Origin: Chiloscyllium plagiosum
Taxonomy: Eukaryota
Assembly (NCBI RefSeq): GCF_004010195.1
Contig: NC_057719.1
Coordinates: 20,978,138 to 21,037,653, forward strand
Direction: 5' to 3'
DNA length: 59,516 nucleotides
Below the pieces are notes generated by a model. The model was not told where the DNA came from. It searched no databases and saw only the letters and a list, made by a program, of their open reading frames with translations. Positions 1 through 12,899 of this stretch are shown here, piece after piece (position 1 is the first letter of the stretch; the number at the start of each line of letters is the position of its first letter). A program made the translations under genes and the position numbers.

Positions 1-258
1 TTATCCAAATACCGGAATCCCTCCCTCCTGCACCATCCCTGTAGCCACGCATTTAACTGTTCTCTCTCCCTATTCCTCGACTCTGTATCACGTGACACGG
101 GTAACAAACCAGAGACAACAACTCTGTTCATTCTAACTCTGAGCTTCCAACCTAGCTCCCTGAAAGCCTGCGTAACATCCTCAGCCCTTCTCCTACCTAT
201 GTCATTGGTGCCAATGTGGACCACGACTTCGGGCTGCTCCCCCTCCCCCTTAAGGACC
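1..258 (-). mobile_element. CR1 LINE ORF1 fragment (SGNH/GDSL esterase domain)
   Basis: Manual minus-strand translation gives LKGEGEQPEVVVHIGTNDIGRRRAEDVTQAFRELGWKL...VVVSGLLPVSR...QLNAWLQGWCRREGFRYLD. GTND is the esterase block typical of CR1 ORF1p. Confidence 0.85.
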
Positions 259-641
259 TTGTCGAACGCCTTACTAAAATCCATATAGATCACGTCCACT
301 ACTCTGTCCTCATCAATCCTCTTCATTACTTCTTCAAAAAACTCAATCAAGTTAGTGAGACATGATTTCTCACGCACAAAGCCATGTTGACTAAACTTAA
401 TCAGTCTTTGCCTTTCCAAATACATGGAAATCTTGTCCCTCAGGATTCCCTCCAACAACTTGCCCACGATTGATGTCAGGCTCACTGGTCTATAGTTCCC
501 TGGCTTTTCCTTCCCTCCTTTCTTTAACAGTGGCACCACATCAGCCAACCGACAGTATTCCAGCACCTCACCTGTGGCTATCGATGATCCCAATAGCTCA
601 GCAATCGCTTCCCACAGGTCTTGATCAGGTCCTGCGGATTT
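259..641 (-). mobile_element. CR1 LINE ORF2 (RT) fragment
   Basis: Minus strand encodes NYRPVSLTSIVGK...QHGFVREKSCLTNLIEFFEEV...DVIYMDFSKAFDKV. Confidence 0.85.
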
Positions 642-2917
642 CATTTTCATTATTCATTCACAGGATGAGGGTGTCACTGGCTAGGCAGCGTTTATTGCCA
701 ATCCCTAATTGCTCAGAGGGCAGTTAAGTGTCAACCACATTGCTGTAGATCTGAATGAAAGCTTCCTTTCCTGAAGGGCATTAATGATCCTGATGATTTT
801 TTTCCATCAATCAATAATGGAATCACAGTCAACATCAGACTCTTAATTCCAGATGTTTTATTGAATTCAAATTCCACTGCTTGCCATGGTGGATTTGACA
901 ATAGACAATAGGTGCAGGAGTAGGCCATTCTGCCCTTTGAGCCAGCACCACCATTCAATATGATCATTGCTGATCATCCTCAATCAGTACCCTGTTCCTG
1001 CCTTATCCCCATAACCCTTGATTCCACTATCCTTAAGAGCTCTATCCAACGCTTTCTTGAAAGTATCCAGAGACTTGGCCTCCACAGCCTTCTGTGGCAG
1101 AGCCTTCCACACACTCACCACTCTCTGGGTGAAGAAGTTTCTCCTCAACTCTGTTCTAAATGGCCTACTCCTTATTTTTAAACTGTGCTCTCTGGTTTGG
1201 GACTCACCCATCAGCAGAAACATGCTACCTGCCTCCAGAGTATCCAATCCTTTAATAATCTTATATGTCTCAATCTGATCCCATCTCAGCCTTCTAAACT
1301 CAAGGGTATACAAGCCCAGTCGCTCCAATCTTTCAACGTAAGGTAGTCCCGCCATTCCGGGAATTGACCTCGTGAACCTACGCTGCACTCCCTCAATAGC
1401 CAGAATGTCTTTCCTCAAATTTGGAGACCAAAACTGCACACAATATTCCAGGTGCGGTCTCTGCAGGGTCCGGTACAGCTGTAGAAGAACCTCTTTGCTT
1501 CTATACTCAATTCTTCTTGTTATGAAGGTCAGCATGCTATTAGCCTTCTTCACTGCCTGCTGTACCTGCAGCTTGCTTTCATTGACTGATGTACAAGAAC
1601 ACCTGGATCTTGTTGTACTGCCCCTTTACCTAAATTGATTCCATTGAGGTAGTAATCTGCCTTCCTGTTCTTGCCACCAAAGTGGATAATCACACATTTA
1701 TCTACATTAAACTGCAATTGCCAGGCATCTGTCCACTCACCTAGTCTGTCCAGGTCACCCTGTAATCTCCTAACATCCTCCTCACATTTCATCCTGCCAC
1801 CCAGCTTTGTATCATCAGCAAATTTGCTAATGTTACAATTAATACCATCTTCTATATCATTAATATATATTGTAAAAAGCTGCGGTCCCAGNNNNNNNNN
1901 NNNNNNNNNNNNNNNNNNNNNNNNNNNNNNNNNNNNNNNNNNNNNNNNNNNNNNNNNNNNNNNNNNNNNNNNNNNNNNNNNNNNNNNNNNNNNNNNNNNN
2001 NNNNNNNNNNNNNNNNNNNNNNNNNNNNNNNNNNNNNNNNNNNNNNNNNNNNNNNNNNNNNNNNNNNNNNNNNNNNNNNNNNNNNNNNNNNNNNNNNNNN
2101 NNNNNNNNNNNNNNNNNNNNNNNNNNNNNNNNNNNNNNNNNNNNNNNNNNNNNNNNNNNNNNNNNNNNNNNNNNNNNNNNNNNNNNNNNNNNNNNNNNNN
2201 NNNNNNNNNNNNNNNNNNNNNNNNNNNNNNNNNNNNNNNNNNNNNNNNNNNNNNNNNNNNNNNNNNNNNNNNNNNNNNNNNNNNNNNNNNNNNNNNNNNN
2301 NNNNNNNNNNNNNNNNNNNNNNNNNNNNNNNNNNNNNNNNNNNNNNNNNNNNNNNNNNNNNNNNNNNNNNNNNNNNNNNNNNNNNNNNNNNNNNNNNNNN
2401 NNNNNNNNNNNNNNNNNNNNNNNNNNNNNNNNNNNNNNNNNNNNNNNNNNNNNNNNNNNNNNNNNNNNNNNNNNNNNNNNNNNNNNNNNNNNNNNNNNNN
2501 NNNNNNNNNNNNNNNNNNNNNNNTTAACCATTTTTTTGCCTTTCACATACCTAAAAAAGCTTTTACTATCCTCCTTTATATTTTTGGCCAGTTTACCTTC
2601 GTACCTCATTTTTTCTCTGCGTATTTGTTTCTTAGTTATCCTCTGTTGTTCTTTAAAAGCTTTCCATCCTCCGTTTTCCCACTCACCTTTGGTATGCTAT
2701 ACTTTTTCTCTTTTGACTTTATATGTTTCTTAACTTCCCTCGTCAGTCACGGCCACTCCTGCCTCCTCTTAGGATCTTTCTTCCTTTTTGGAATGAATTG
2801 ATCCTGCATCTTCTCCATTATACCCAGAAATACCTGCCATTTGAACTCAGGTCCCCAGAACATAATCTAGGTCTCTGGATTAATAGGCCAGTGATAATGC
2901 CACTAAACCATTGCCTC
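642..2917 (-). mobile_element. tRNA-derived SINE (LINE-tailed family) split by a CR1 insertion; parts 642-898 and 2839-2917
   Basis: The two parts join colinearly with the uninterrupted copy at 52672-52995. ATTTGA is duplicated at 893-898 and 2839-2844. Confidence 0.75.
899..2838 (-). mobile_element. 5'-truncated CR1 LINE (ORF2 with N gap), tail (CTATTGT)n
   Basis: ORFs 984-1553 and 1550-1792 carry RPHLEYCVQFWSP and LQGDLDRLGEW. The 3' tail lies at 899-910. Confidence 0.9.
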
Positions 2918-4104
2918 TCTTTTATCCACATTTTTGTGTTTTAAGGCATCCAGCATCTCCTCCTCCATAATATTATTGAAGCATAGACATATTGAAAAGC
3001 AGTAAGTTAAAATACTTAATGGCCTACATGTTCTTGATAAATATTTATTATGGTGAAATAATTGTTATTATGATTGGATAGAATAGAAACTTCCTTTATC
3101 ATTATGTTGAAGTTTAGCATTTCACAATATAGAATCAGGTTCACTTAGAATTTCTTTTATTCTTCTATCGGACTTTGGTGTTGCAGGCAAGACCAACCTT
3201 TGCTGCTGATCCCTAATGCTTCTGAATTTATTGACTCGACGGCCATTTAAAAGTCAACATATTGGAAATGCATCCAGACCAGTCTCAGGATGATACTATT
3301 TCCTTCCCAAAGTGCATTAGATGTTGAAGTGCAATTAAAGAAGGTAGGGCAGTGCTAAAAACCAAATGCTCCTCATTTAACAAAATGTCGCTTTTCTTAA
3401 AAAATTAACTGTACATGTGGAATTTCTTGTCAATTCAGTAGATTACCTCGTGATTGTCATCTGTTGTGCCTCAACAGTGCTCCCTTTGGAAAAGTGTGGA
3501 ATTGTTGCAATTTGTGGATTTTCATGGTGTTCTACATTGGTGCCAATTCCAGTCTCTTTCCTTGACATAAATGAAGACAAACACCAACAGTTTTACTGTC
3601 ATTGTCACTAGCAAAATCTGAGCCAATCAATTTGACAAAAGAATAAAATTTGTTTTGAACAGCGATATTTTGAAATGCTGTTTTTATTAACAACTACAGA
3701 CAACTTAAACTGTTGAAATAAATCCATATTTGTGTAATCTTTCACTTTGTCTAGTTGCCCACCTTTAGGACAAACACGTTTCTCTCATTAATGCTTGAAG
3801 ATTGAATACGTTATGGTGGCGTGATATAAAATCAAAGTAGCAGCATCTTAACACAAGTCGGCGTAAACGGGAACTGCAAAGGGTCAGAGCATTGCCTTTG
3901 AACGTGTAGGATTTAAGTCTCACCTCAGTCCAGAAAGAAAACTGCAAGAAGATGAGAATCTAAGAAACTGGAGCTAGAATTGATTGTTGAGCCCTTCAAC
4001 TCCACTACATCATTCAGCAACATTAGGGTAAATCTTCAACTTTCGCTCTTTTTCTATCATCCCCATATTGCTTAACTCATTTTGTACCCAAATGTCTATC
4101 AATC

Positions 4105-4365
4105 ATGTAAAAACCCTGGTCCCAAAACACTAACTCTGATTTCTCTGCACAGATGCTGCCAGACTTCCAGAAACTTCTGTTCTTATATCTATCAACCATT
4201 GTCTTAATTAGGAGCTTAACACTACAGAATGAAATATTATTTTTCTGCTCATTTTCCTGCTCCTGCTTCTGCTCCTCAGATGCTGCCTGACCTGCTGTGC
4301 TTTTTCAGAATCACTCTAATTGAGACTCTGGTTTCCAGCATCTGCAGTCCTCACTTTTGCCTACA
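4105..4365 (+). mobile_element. Two short Penelope-like pLTR fragments within an old CR1 3' end
   Basis: Motifs aactctgatttctctgcacagatgctgccagac and gctcctcagatgctgcctgacctgctgtgcttt...ccagcatctgcag match the pLTRs at 40805-40910 and 14454-14580. Confidence 0.65.
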
Positions 4366-4534
4366 TTATTTTTTCCACCCATCAAGACTATTTTACAAGC
4401 AATTTAGCTGAACACTGAGTTTAGCATATTCTCTCCTCTGCCATCCATTGACACAAGATACATTTTATTGCAATTATCAAAACATATTCCAGCTAAAACA
4501 ATGGAAAGAAACAGTGGAATTAATGCATAGAATG

Positions 4535-6588
4535 GGGTAGTAAACTGTAGGGGATGGGGACAATCGAAATATGGAGCTGGTTTAAGGAACAGATATTGCA
4601 TATCCTTGATAGGTATGTCCCTGCCAGGCAAAGAGGAAGTGAGAAGATAAGGGAACAATGGTTTATTACAGAAATTGCATCTCTTGTTAAGTGGAAGAAG
4701 GAGGCTTATGTAACGATGGGACGAGATGGTTCAGATGAAGCGATGGCGAGTTACAGATTAGCTAGGAAGGGTTTAAAGAGAGAGCTAAGAAAAGCAAAGA
4801 AAGGACATGAGCAATCTTTAGCAGGGAGAATAAAGGAGAACCCTAAAATTTTCTATATAGGGACATGAAGAATAAAAGGATGGTGAGAGTAGGAATAGGG
4901 CCAGTCAAAGACAGAAGTGGGAAGTTGTATGTGGACCCTGTGGAGATCGGAGAGGTGCTAAATGAATATTTCTTATCAGTTTTTCACTCAGGAAAAGGAG
5001 AATATTGTAGAGGAGAATAATGAGATATGAGATATTAGACTAGAAAGGATCGAGGTTAGTAGGGAAGCGGTGTTCTTAATCCTAGGAGTGAAAGTAGACA
5101 AGTCCCCTGGGCTGAATGGGATTTATCCGAGGATTATCTGGGAAGCTAGGGAGGAGGTGTTGGAGCCTTTGGTTTTGATCTTTGAGTCATTATTGTCTAC
5201 AGGTTTAGTACCAGAGGACTGGAGGATTGCAAATGTTGCGCCCTTGTTCAAGAAGGACAGTGGAGATGACCCAGGTAATTATAGACCTGTGAGCCGTACG
5301 TCTGTTATAAGAAAAGTGTGGAAAGAATTATGGGAGATAGGATTTATAATCATCCAGCAAAGCAACAATTTGATTTCAGATAGTCAATATGGTTTTGTCA
5401 AGGGCAGGTCATATCTCACAAACCTCATTGAGTTTTTTGAGAAGGTGACCAAGCATGTGGATGAGGGTAGGGCAGTTGATGTGGTGTACATGGACTTCAG
5501 TAAGGCCTTTGATAAGGTTCCACATGGTAGGCTATTGGAGAAAATGCAGACACATGGGATTGAGAGTGATTTAGCAGTTTGGATTAGAAACTGGCTTTCT
5601 GTAAGAAGGCAACGAGTGGTGGTTGATGGAAAATATTCAGCCTGGAGTCCGGTTACTAGTGGTGTGTCATAAGGATCTGTTTTGGGACCACTGCTGTTTG
5701 TCTTTTTTATAAGTTACTTTAATGCAGGCATATGTGATGGGTTAGTAAGTTTGCAGATGACATTAAAGTCGGTGAAGTAGTGGATAGTGTGGAAGAATGT
5801 TGCGTGGAGTTCAATGCGGATAAATGTGAGATGATTCTCTTTGGGAAGAATAACAGGAAGGCAGAATACTGGGTCAATGGGAAGATTCTTGCTAGTGTGG
5901 ATGTGTAGAGGGATCTTGGAGTTTATGCACATCGATCCCTGAACGTTGCCACCTAGGTTGATAGTGCTGTTAAGAAGGCCTACGGTGTGTTAGGTTTTAT
6001 TGGTAGAGGAATTAAGTTCCGGAACCATAATGTCATGCTGCAACTATACAAAATGCCAGTGCAGCCGCACTTGGAATATTGTGTACATTTCTGGTCACCC
6101 CATTACGGGAAGGATGTGGAAGCGTTGGAAAAGGTGCAGAGGAGATTTACCAGGATGTTGCTTGTCTGGAGTGAAGGTTTATGAGGAAAGGCTGACAGAC
6201 TTGGATCTGTTCTCATTGGAAAGAAGAAGGCTAACAGGAGATTTGATAGAGACATACAAGATGATCAGAGGATTGGATAGGTAGACAGTGAAAATCCTTT
6301 TCCTAGGATGATGATGTCAGCTCGTATGAGGGGGCATAGCTACAAACTGAGGGGTGATAGATTTAAGACAGATGTCAGAGGCAGTTTCTTTACTCAGAGA
6401 GTGGTAAAGGTATGGAATGCTCTGCATGCCAATGTAGTTAACTTAGCAATATTAGTGAGATTTAAACAATTCTTGCACAAGCACATGGATGATGATTGGA
6501 CAGTGTAGGGGGATGAGCTTAGATTGATTCACAGGTAGGGGACCGAAGGGCCTGTTCTGCATTGTATTGTTCTACGTTCTATGTTCTA
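4535..6588 (+). mobile_element. 5'-truncated, frameshifted CR1 LINE ORF2 with (GTTCTAT)n tail
   Basis: ORFs 4554-4868, 5070-5672 (KSPG..GIYPR, NYRPVS, YMDFSKAFDKVPH) and 5987-6508; tail ttctacgttctatgttcta. Confidence 0.92.
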
Positions 6589-6659
6589 ATGTCTGAGCTG
6601 GACTCAATTTCTATTTATTACAGGTCATTGAAACTTATGGCAAACTTATCTTGTGGCTC

Positions 6660-6905
6660 AAAGTGGAACAGTCTGTACTGGTAATACTCAGCATGTCAAG
6701 TAGCAGCTGGAGAGCAACAAGAATTGGTGTTTTAGGTCAATGACCTTTTGTCAGAACTGGAAAGCATCCTGAAGAAAAGGAATGTTGGATTTGGAAAGTT
6801 AAATCTATTTCTCTGCACAGATGTTTCCAAACTTCAGAGTATCTCCACAACTTTGAGTTTTTTTTAAATTTCAGATTTATGACACCTGCAGTATTTTGCT
6901 TTTAT
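6660..6905. mobile_element. Old palindromic (head-to-head) Penelope-like pLTR pair
   Basis: The left half is an inverted copy (…aggtcaatgaccttttgtcagaact) and the right half a forward copy (cctgaagaaaagg…atttctctgcacagatg…ctgcagtattttgctttt). Same layout as 40659-40910. Confidence 0.6.
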
Positions 6906-6959
6906 GACATAAGTTCTATTGCTAACAAATTGATCTTTTTCCTTTAACTCTCATTTGAA

Positions 6960-7400
6960 TTTTTTCTACAATATCTGGAAACCTGCCAAGCCGCTCATCT
7001 CTGTGTACCTTTCGGAGACGTCCATCCAGCTGCTTCGCTATTTATATTAAGAATTTTTCTTTTGTGTATCAGATCCTCATTTAGCTCTGTCATTCAACCG
7101 AATTAAATGTAAAATTTCCACTAAACTGTCATTAGCACCAGTCTTTCAAAGCTAATGAAGCATCATTAACATTGCAGTTTATCAGCCCTGGTGCTCAATT
7201 TCTATACCGTTTCAAATGGCATTTTGTTTTAAATCGTATGAATTCAGTGTTAACTGTTTACCTCGCATTATTAAATTTATCTGTCAATCATATCTCAGCA
7301 AAGAGTCCGGGGAGGCAGTGATGACATTTTGTGACCTATTCCCATTTACTCAGGGAAAGGGTAGTGTTGTAAAATAATGAATCTCACAGCTCTTCATGAC
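6960..7400. promoter_or_regulatory. Candidate conserved non-coding element / homeodomain enhancer
   Basis: Non-repetitive block with a perfect Pbx-Meis/Prep decamer TGATTGACAG (minus, 7281-7290), two further TGACAG sites (7087-7092, 7126-7131) and several ATTA/TAAT cores. Confidence 0.35.
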
Positions 7401-7974
7401 CTGCTGCTCACAATATAAATTCAAGGAGGTAGTAGAGGAGGTGGGAGCAGGGGGTGAGAATGTGAGTCCCTGCCTCAGGAAGGTGATTTCTATGTAAATC
7501 AGGTACAGTACAGCTGGAGAAGTGCAACATTTTAATTCACAGTTCACCCTTGTACGTAAACTAGAAGCTACCCCTTTGTGACAAATCTTCATTTGCGCGC
7601 AAAAACATTTTAAAATAATTAATTTCATTTCTTGCAAAAACTTTAGCTATTGAAAACATTAATGTGGGATTTGGAAAAATACTGCATTGCTGCAAGGAAT
7701 AACCAGAAAATCCTATGCTGCTTGCAATGAGTTATGGAGTGATGTTGTGTAATAAATTAGGGCCCATTAAACACCACCAGTAATATCCATCATGATTCCA
7801 GACCCTCAGAGATACCCGCTCTCAGTGAAATAATAGGCCAAATTTTATGGTCCCTAAAACACAGCCCAGCACCTAAACGTTAAATACAGGCACATGTCGC
7901 TGCGTTGACAATATGTTGTTACCGGTCAGTCTCAGACGTTACGGAGGGCCAGGGTTCATCGTATGTTAGGCCTA

Positions 7975-8469
7975 CCATTCCAGGGTTCACAAGGATGATC
8001 CCTGGAATGGTAGGCCTAACATACGATGAACAGTTGAGGATCCTGAGATTGTATTCGTTAGAGTTCAGAAGGCTGAGGGGAGATCTAATAGAAATTTACA
8101 AGATAATGCATGGCTTAGAAAGGATGGATGCTGGGAAATTGTTTTCATCAGGTGGGGATACTAGGGCTCGTGGGCAGAGCCTTAGAATTAGAAGGGTCAC
8201 TTTAAAATGGAAATGAAGAGACATTTCTTCAGCCAGAGAATGGTGGACCTGTAGAATACACTACCATGGAGCTCAGTGGAGGCCGAGACGTTAAACATCT
8301 TTAAGGCTGAGATTGATAAATTCTTATTCTCGCAAGGAATTAAGTGATATGGGGAGAGTGCGGGTAAGTGGCGTTAAAATGCCCATCAGCCATGATCGAA
8401 TGGAGGAGTGGACTCGATGGGCCAAATGGCCTTACTTCCATTCCTATTGCTTACGCTCTCATGGTCTTA
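7975..8469 (+). mobile_element. CR1 LINE 3' fragment
   Basis: FTRMIPGM...YSLEFRRLRGDLIEIYKI; CR1 3' UTR and degenerate tail. Confidence 0.85.
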
Positions 8470-9000
8470 AGGGTAGGGCCTGTACAATTAATGGTAGGCC
8501 CTTGGGTAGTATTGTAAAACAGAGGGACCAAAGGGTTCAGGTACATAATTCTTTCAAGTTTGCATGACATATAGATAGGATGGTTAAAAAGATATTTGGC
8601 ACGCTTACCTTCATTGCTCAGTCCTTTGCGTGTTGGAGCTGGGAAGATATGTTGAACTTTTACACAACATTGGGGAGGCTTCTTCTGGAATAATGTGTCC
8701 AGTTCTGATTGTCCAGCTATGGGAAGGATATTATTAAGCTGGTAAGGGTTCACAAAAGATTTACTAGAATGTTGCCGGGTATGGAAGGCTTGAGTTATAA
8801 AGAAAGGCTGGACGGGCTGGGAAGTTTTTCACTGCAGCATAGGAGATTGAGAGGTGACCTGATCGAAGTTTACAAAATAATGAGGGGTATAGATAGAGTT
8901 AATGGTAGTTGTCTTTTCCCTAGCATGGGGTATTTCAAGACTAGGGGGCAGATTTTTATGGTGCAAGGAGAGAGATTTAAAAAAGACATGAGGTGCAATT
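8470..9000 (+). mobile_element. CR1 LINE ORF2 C-terminal fragment, cut by a Penelope element
   Basis: ORF 8709: RFTRMLPGMEGLSYKERLDGLG...RRLRGDLIEVYKIMRG. Confidence 0.85.
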
Positions 9001-9935
9001 TGGTAAAAACAATGACTGCAGATGCTGGAAACCAGATTCTGGATTAGTGGTGCTGGAAGAGCACAGCAGTTCAGGCAGCATCCGAGGAGCAGTAAAATCG
9101 ACGTTTCGGGCAAAAGCCCTTCATCAGGAATAAANNNNNNNNNNNNNNNNNNNNNNNNNNNNNNNNNNNNNNNNNNNNNNNNNNNNNNNNNNNNNNNNNN
9201 NNNNNNNNNNNNNNNNNNNNNNNNNNNNNNNNNNNNNNNNNNNNNNNNNNNNNNNNNNNNNNNNNNNNNNNNNNNNNNNNNNNNNNNNNNNNNNNNNNNN
9301 NNNNNNNNNNNNNNNNNNNNNNNNNNNNNNNNNNNNNNNNNNNNNNNNNNNNNNNNNNNNNNNNNNNNNNNNNNNNNNNNNNNNNNNNNNNNNNNNNNNN
9401 NNNNNNNNNNNNNNNNNNNNNNNNNNNNNNNNNNNNNNNNNNNNNNNNNNNNNNNNNNNNNNNNNNNNNNNNNNNNNNNNNNNNNNNNNNGGAAGGTGCC
9501 AGGATGGGAGGGTGGGTTGTAGGGGGGGCGTGGACCTGACCAGGTAATCACGGAGGGAACGGTCTTTGCGGAAGGCGGAAAGGGGTGGGGAGGGAAATAT
9601 ATCCCTGGTGGTGGGGTCGTTTTGGAGGTGGCGGAAATGTCGGCGGATGATTTGGTTTATGTGAAGGTTGATAGGGTGGAAGGTGAGCACCAGGGGCGTT
9701 CTGTCCTTGTTACGGTTGGAGGGGTGGGGTCTGAGGGCGGAGGTGCGGGATGTGGACGAGATGCGTTGGAGGGCATCTTTAACCATTTGGGAAGGGAAAT
9801 TGCGGTCTCTAAAGAAGGAGGCCATCTGGTGTGTTCTGTGGCGGAACTGGTCCATCTGGGAGCAGATACGGCAGAGGTGGAGGAATTGGGAGTATGGAAT
9901 GGCATTTTTGCAAGAGGTAGGGTGGGAAGAGGTGA
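9001..9935 (-). mobile_element. Penelope-like element (family A): RT C-terminus/linker, N gap, pLTR with hammerhead
   Basis: ORF 9124-9855: MASFFRDRNFPS...RTPLVLTFHP...PPLSAFRKDRSLRDYLVRS. Hammerhead motif at 9098-9129. Confidence 0.9.
9098..9129 (-). ncRNA. Minimal type-I hammerhead ribozyme motif
   Basis: Minus strand reads tc-CTGATGA-a-GGGC-tttt-GCCC-GAAAC-GTC^ga, an intact catalytic core. Confidence 0.75.
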
Positions 9936-10093
9936 TAAGAAACGGTAATAGTGGCCTTAAACATGAGCTGGAAAAATCAAATTGGTAATTGTGATCTGGT
10001 TCAGAAGTACACAGAATACTTTCAAGATAGTTTCATGGAACATAACACTCTGAAACTAAGCAGACAGCAGGAAAAAATGATTTGTATTGTGTA

Positions 10094-12612
10094 ATAGAAC
10101 ATAGAATACAGACCAGTACAGCATTGTACAGGCCCATTGGCCCTCGATGTTGTGCCAACCTTTTATCCTACTTGAAGATCAAACTAACCTACATAGCCTT
10201 CATTTTACTATTATCTATGCGCCTATCCAAGAGTCACTTAAATGCGTCAAATGTATCTGACTCTGTTACACTGCTGGTAGTGCACTTCACACACCCGCCA
10301 CTCTCTGTGTAAAGAACCGACATCTGACATCTCCCCTAGACCTTCCTTCAATCACCTTAGAATGATGCCCCCTTGTGATAGCCATTTCTGCCACGGGAAA
10401 AAAAATCTCTGACTATGCCTTTCATCATCTTGTCCATCTCTGTCAAGTCACATCCTTCTTTGCGTCAGTGACAAAAGCCCTAGCTCCCTCAACCTTTCTT
10501 TATAAGACATGATCTCCAGTCCAGGCAGCATCTTGGTAAACCTCCTCTGCATCTCTAAAGCTTCCACATATTTCCTATAATGAGATGACCAGAACTGAAC
10601 AGAATATTCTAAGTGTGGTCTAACCAGGACCCGAGAGAGCTGCTGCGTAACCTTGCGGCTCTTAAACTCAATATCCCTGCTAATGAAATCCAACACACCA
10701 TACACCTTCTTAACAAGCTTATCAACTTGGGTGGCAACTTTGAGGGATCCATGGACATGGACCCCGAGATCCCTCTGTTACTCCACACTGCCAAGAATCC
10801 TGCCTTTAACCTTGTAATCTATCTTCAAATTTGACTTCCTAAAGTGAATCACATCACGCTTTTCTAGGTTGAACTCCATCTGCCACTTCTCAGCCCAGTT
10901 TTGCATTCTGTTAACGTCCTGTTGCAACCTACTACAGCCTTCCACACTACCCACAACTCCACCAACCTTCGTGTTAGCAGCAAACTTACTAACTCACCCT
11001 TAACTTCATTTATAAAACTCACAAAGAGCAAAAGTCCCAGAACAGATCACTGTGGAACACTACTGTTCCAAGCTCCAGGCTGAATACTTTCCATCTACTA
11101 TCAGCTTCTGTTTTCTATGGGCCAGCCAATTCTGTATCCAGACAGCCAAATTTCCCCATATCAGAAACCTCCTTAATTTCTGAATGAGCCTACCATGGAG
11201 AACCTTATCAAACACATTGCTAAAAGTCATGCACACCACATCCACTGTTCTGCCTTCATCGATGTGTTTTGTCACATCGTCAAAGAATTCAGGGTTGTGA
11301 GACATGACCTGCCCCTCACAAAGTCAAGCTAACTATTGCTAATCAAACTGTGGTTTTCCAAGTAATCATAAATCCCATCTCTCAAAATACTCTTCAATAA
11401 TTTGCACACCACAAATGTAAGACTGGCTGGTCTGTAATCCCCAGGATTATTGCTATTTCCTTTCTTGAACAAGGGAATAGCATTTGCCATCCTCCAATAA
11501 TCTGGAACTACTTCAGTGGAAGTGAGGATGTGAAGATCATTGTCAAATGCTCAGCAATCTCTTCCTTCACTTCCTGCAGTAAACTTGGGTATATCCCATC
11601 TGGCCCAGGGGATTTATCTATTCTTATGTTTTTCAAAATTTTCAGCACATCCTCCTTCTTAACATCAACCTGTTCGAGCATATCAGCCTGTTTCATGTTA
11701 TCCTCACAAATGACAAGACCCCTTTCAGTAGTGAATACTGAAGCAAAGTATTCATTAAGAACCTCCCCTCTCTCCTCCAACTCCAGGTGCAAGTTCCCTC
11801 CACTATCCCTGATTGGCCCTACCCCCATTCTGGCCATCTTCTTAGAACGCCTTAGGGTTTTCCTTAATCCTACACACTAAAGCTTTTTCATGTCCCTTTC
11901 AAGCCCTCCTAATCCATTCTTCAGTTCCTTCCTGGCTACCTTGTAACCCTGTAGAGCCCTGTCTGATCCTTGTCTCCTCAGCCTTATGTAATCTTCCTTC
12001 ATCCTCTTGACTAGATGTTCCACATCCCTTGTCACCCAAGGCTCTTTCAACCTACTATCCCTTCCTTGCCTCAGTGGGACAAACCTGTTCACCACAATCA
12101 GCAAGGGCTTCCTAAACAACCTGCATTTATCGTGCATTTCACTGAGGACATCTGTTCCCTATTTAGGCACCTTAGTTCCTGCCTAATAGCATTGCAATTC
12201 CCCCTATCCCAATTAAATACTTTACCATATTGTTTGCTCCTATCCCTCTCCATGACTATAATAAAAGTCATGAGTTATAATCACTATCATCCAAAATACT
12301 CTCCCATTGAGAGATCTGACACTTGGCCTAGTTCGTTGCCAAGCACCATATCCAATATGGGTCCCCTCTAGTCGGCCTATCTACATATTGAGTCAGGTAT
12401 CATTCCTTGACACACCTGACAGAAACTGCTCCATCCAAACTATTTGAACTAAGGAAGTTCCAATCAATAGGGAAGTTAAAGTCACCTATGACAACAACCC
12501 TGTTACTTCTGCATCTTTCCATAAATCTGCCTCCCAATCTGCTCCTCTGTGTCTCTATGGCTACTGGGGGTTCTGTAGAAAACTCCTAATAAAGTGATTG
12601 CTTCTTTCCTGT
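10094..12612 (-). mobile_element. CR1 LINE, degraded ORF2 (endonuclease end through RT to tail)
   Basis: ORFs 10448-10705, 11060-11305, 11508-11837 (EVLNEYFASVFT, KSPGPDGIYP) and 11877-12137; VVIGDFNFP near 12470-12500. Confidence 0.9.
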
Positions 12613-12899
12613 GATCTAACACGATTAATTAACAAGCTCAAAGTAACGGTACATTGAGATAGCAGTAACTCCAGCATGATTGGAGTTTGAAACAGAGAGT
12701 GGAAACTATGATTGCATGGAAAGCTGAGTTATCTCAACTGATCTGGGATACTAAACTAGAGAAATCAATTAACAGAGCCACAATGGTAAATATTCCAGAA
12801 TATCCAGAAGACATAAACTCCTATTATAAAGGAAAATGCTCAGGGGAGTATGTTCCATCTGTGTAGTACCAAGGAACTCTGGTAAAGTTCACAGATTAT

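Noticed and set aside
1671..2801. Long ORFs spanning N runs (also 8829-9855 and 39275-40141)
   Set aside because: Length is an artefact of X translation across assembly gaps; the flanks are TE sequence.
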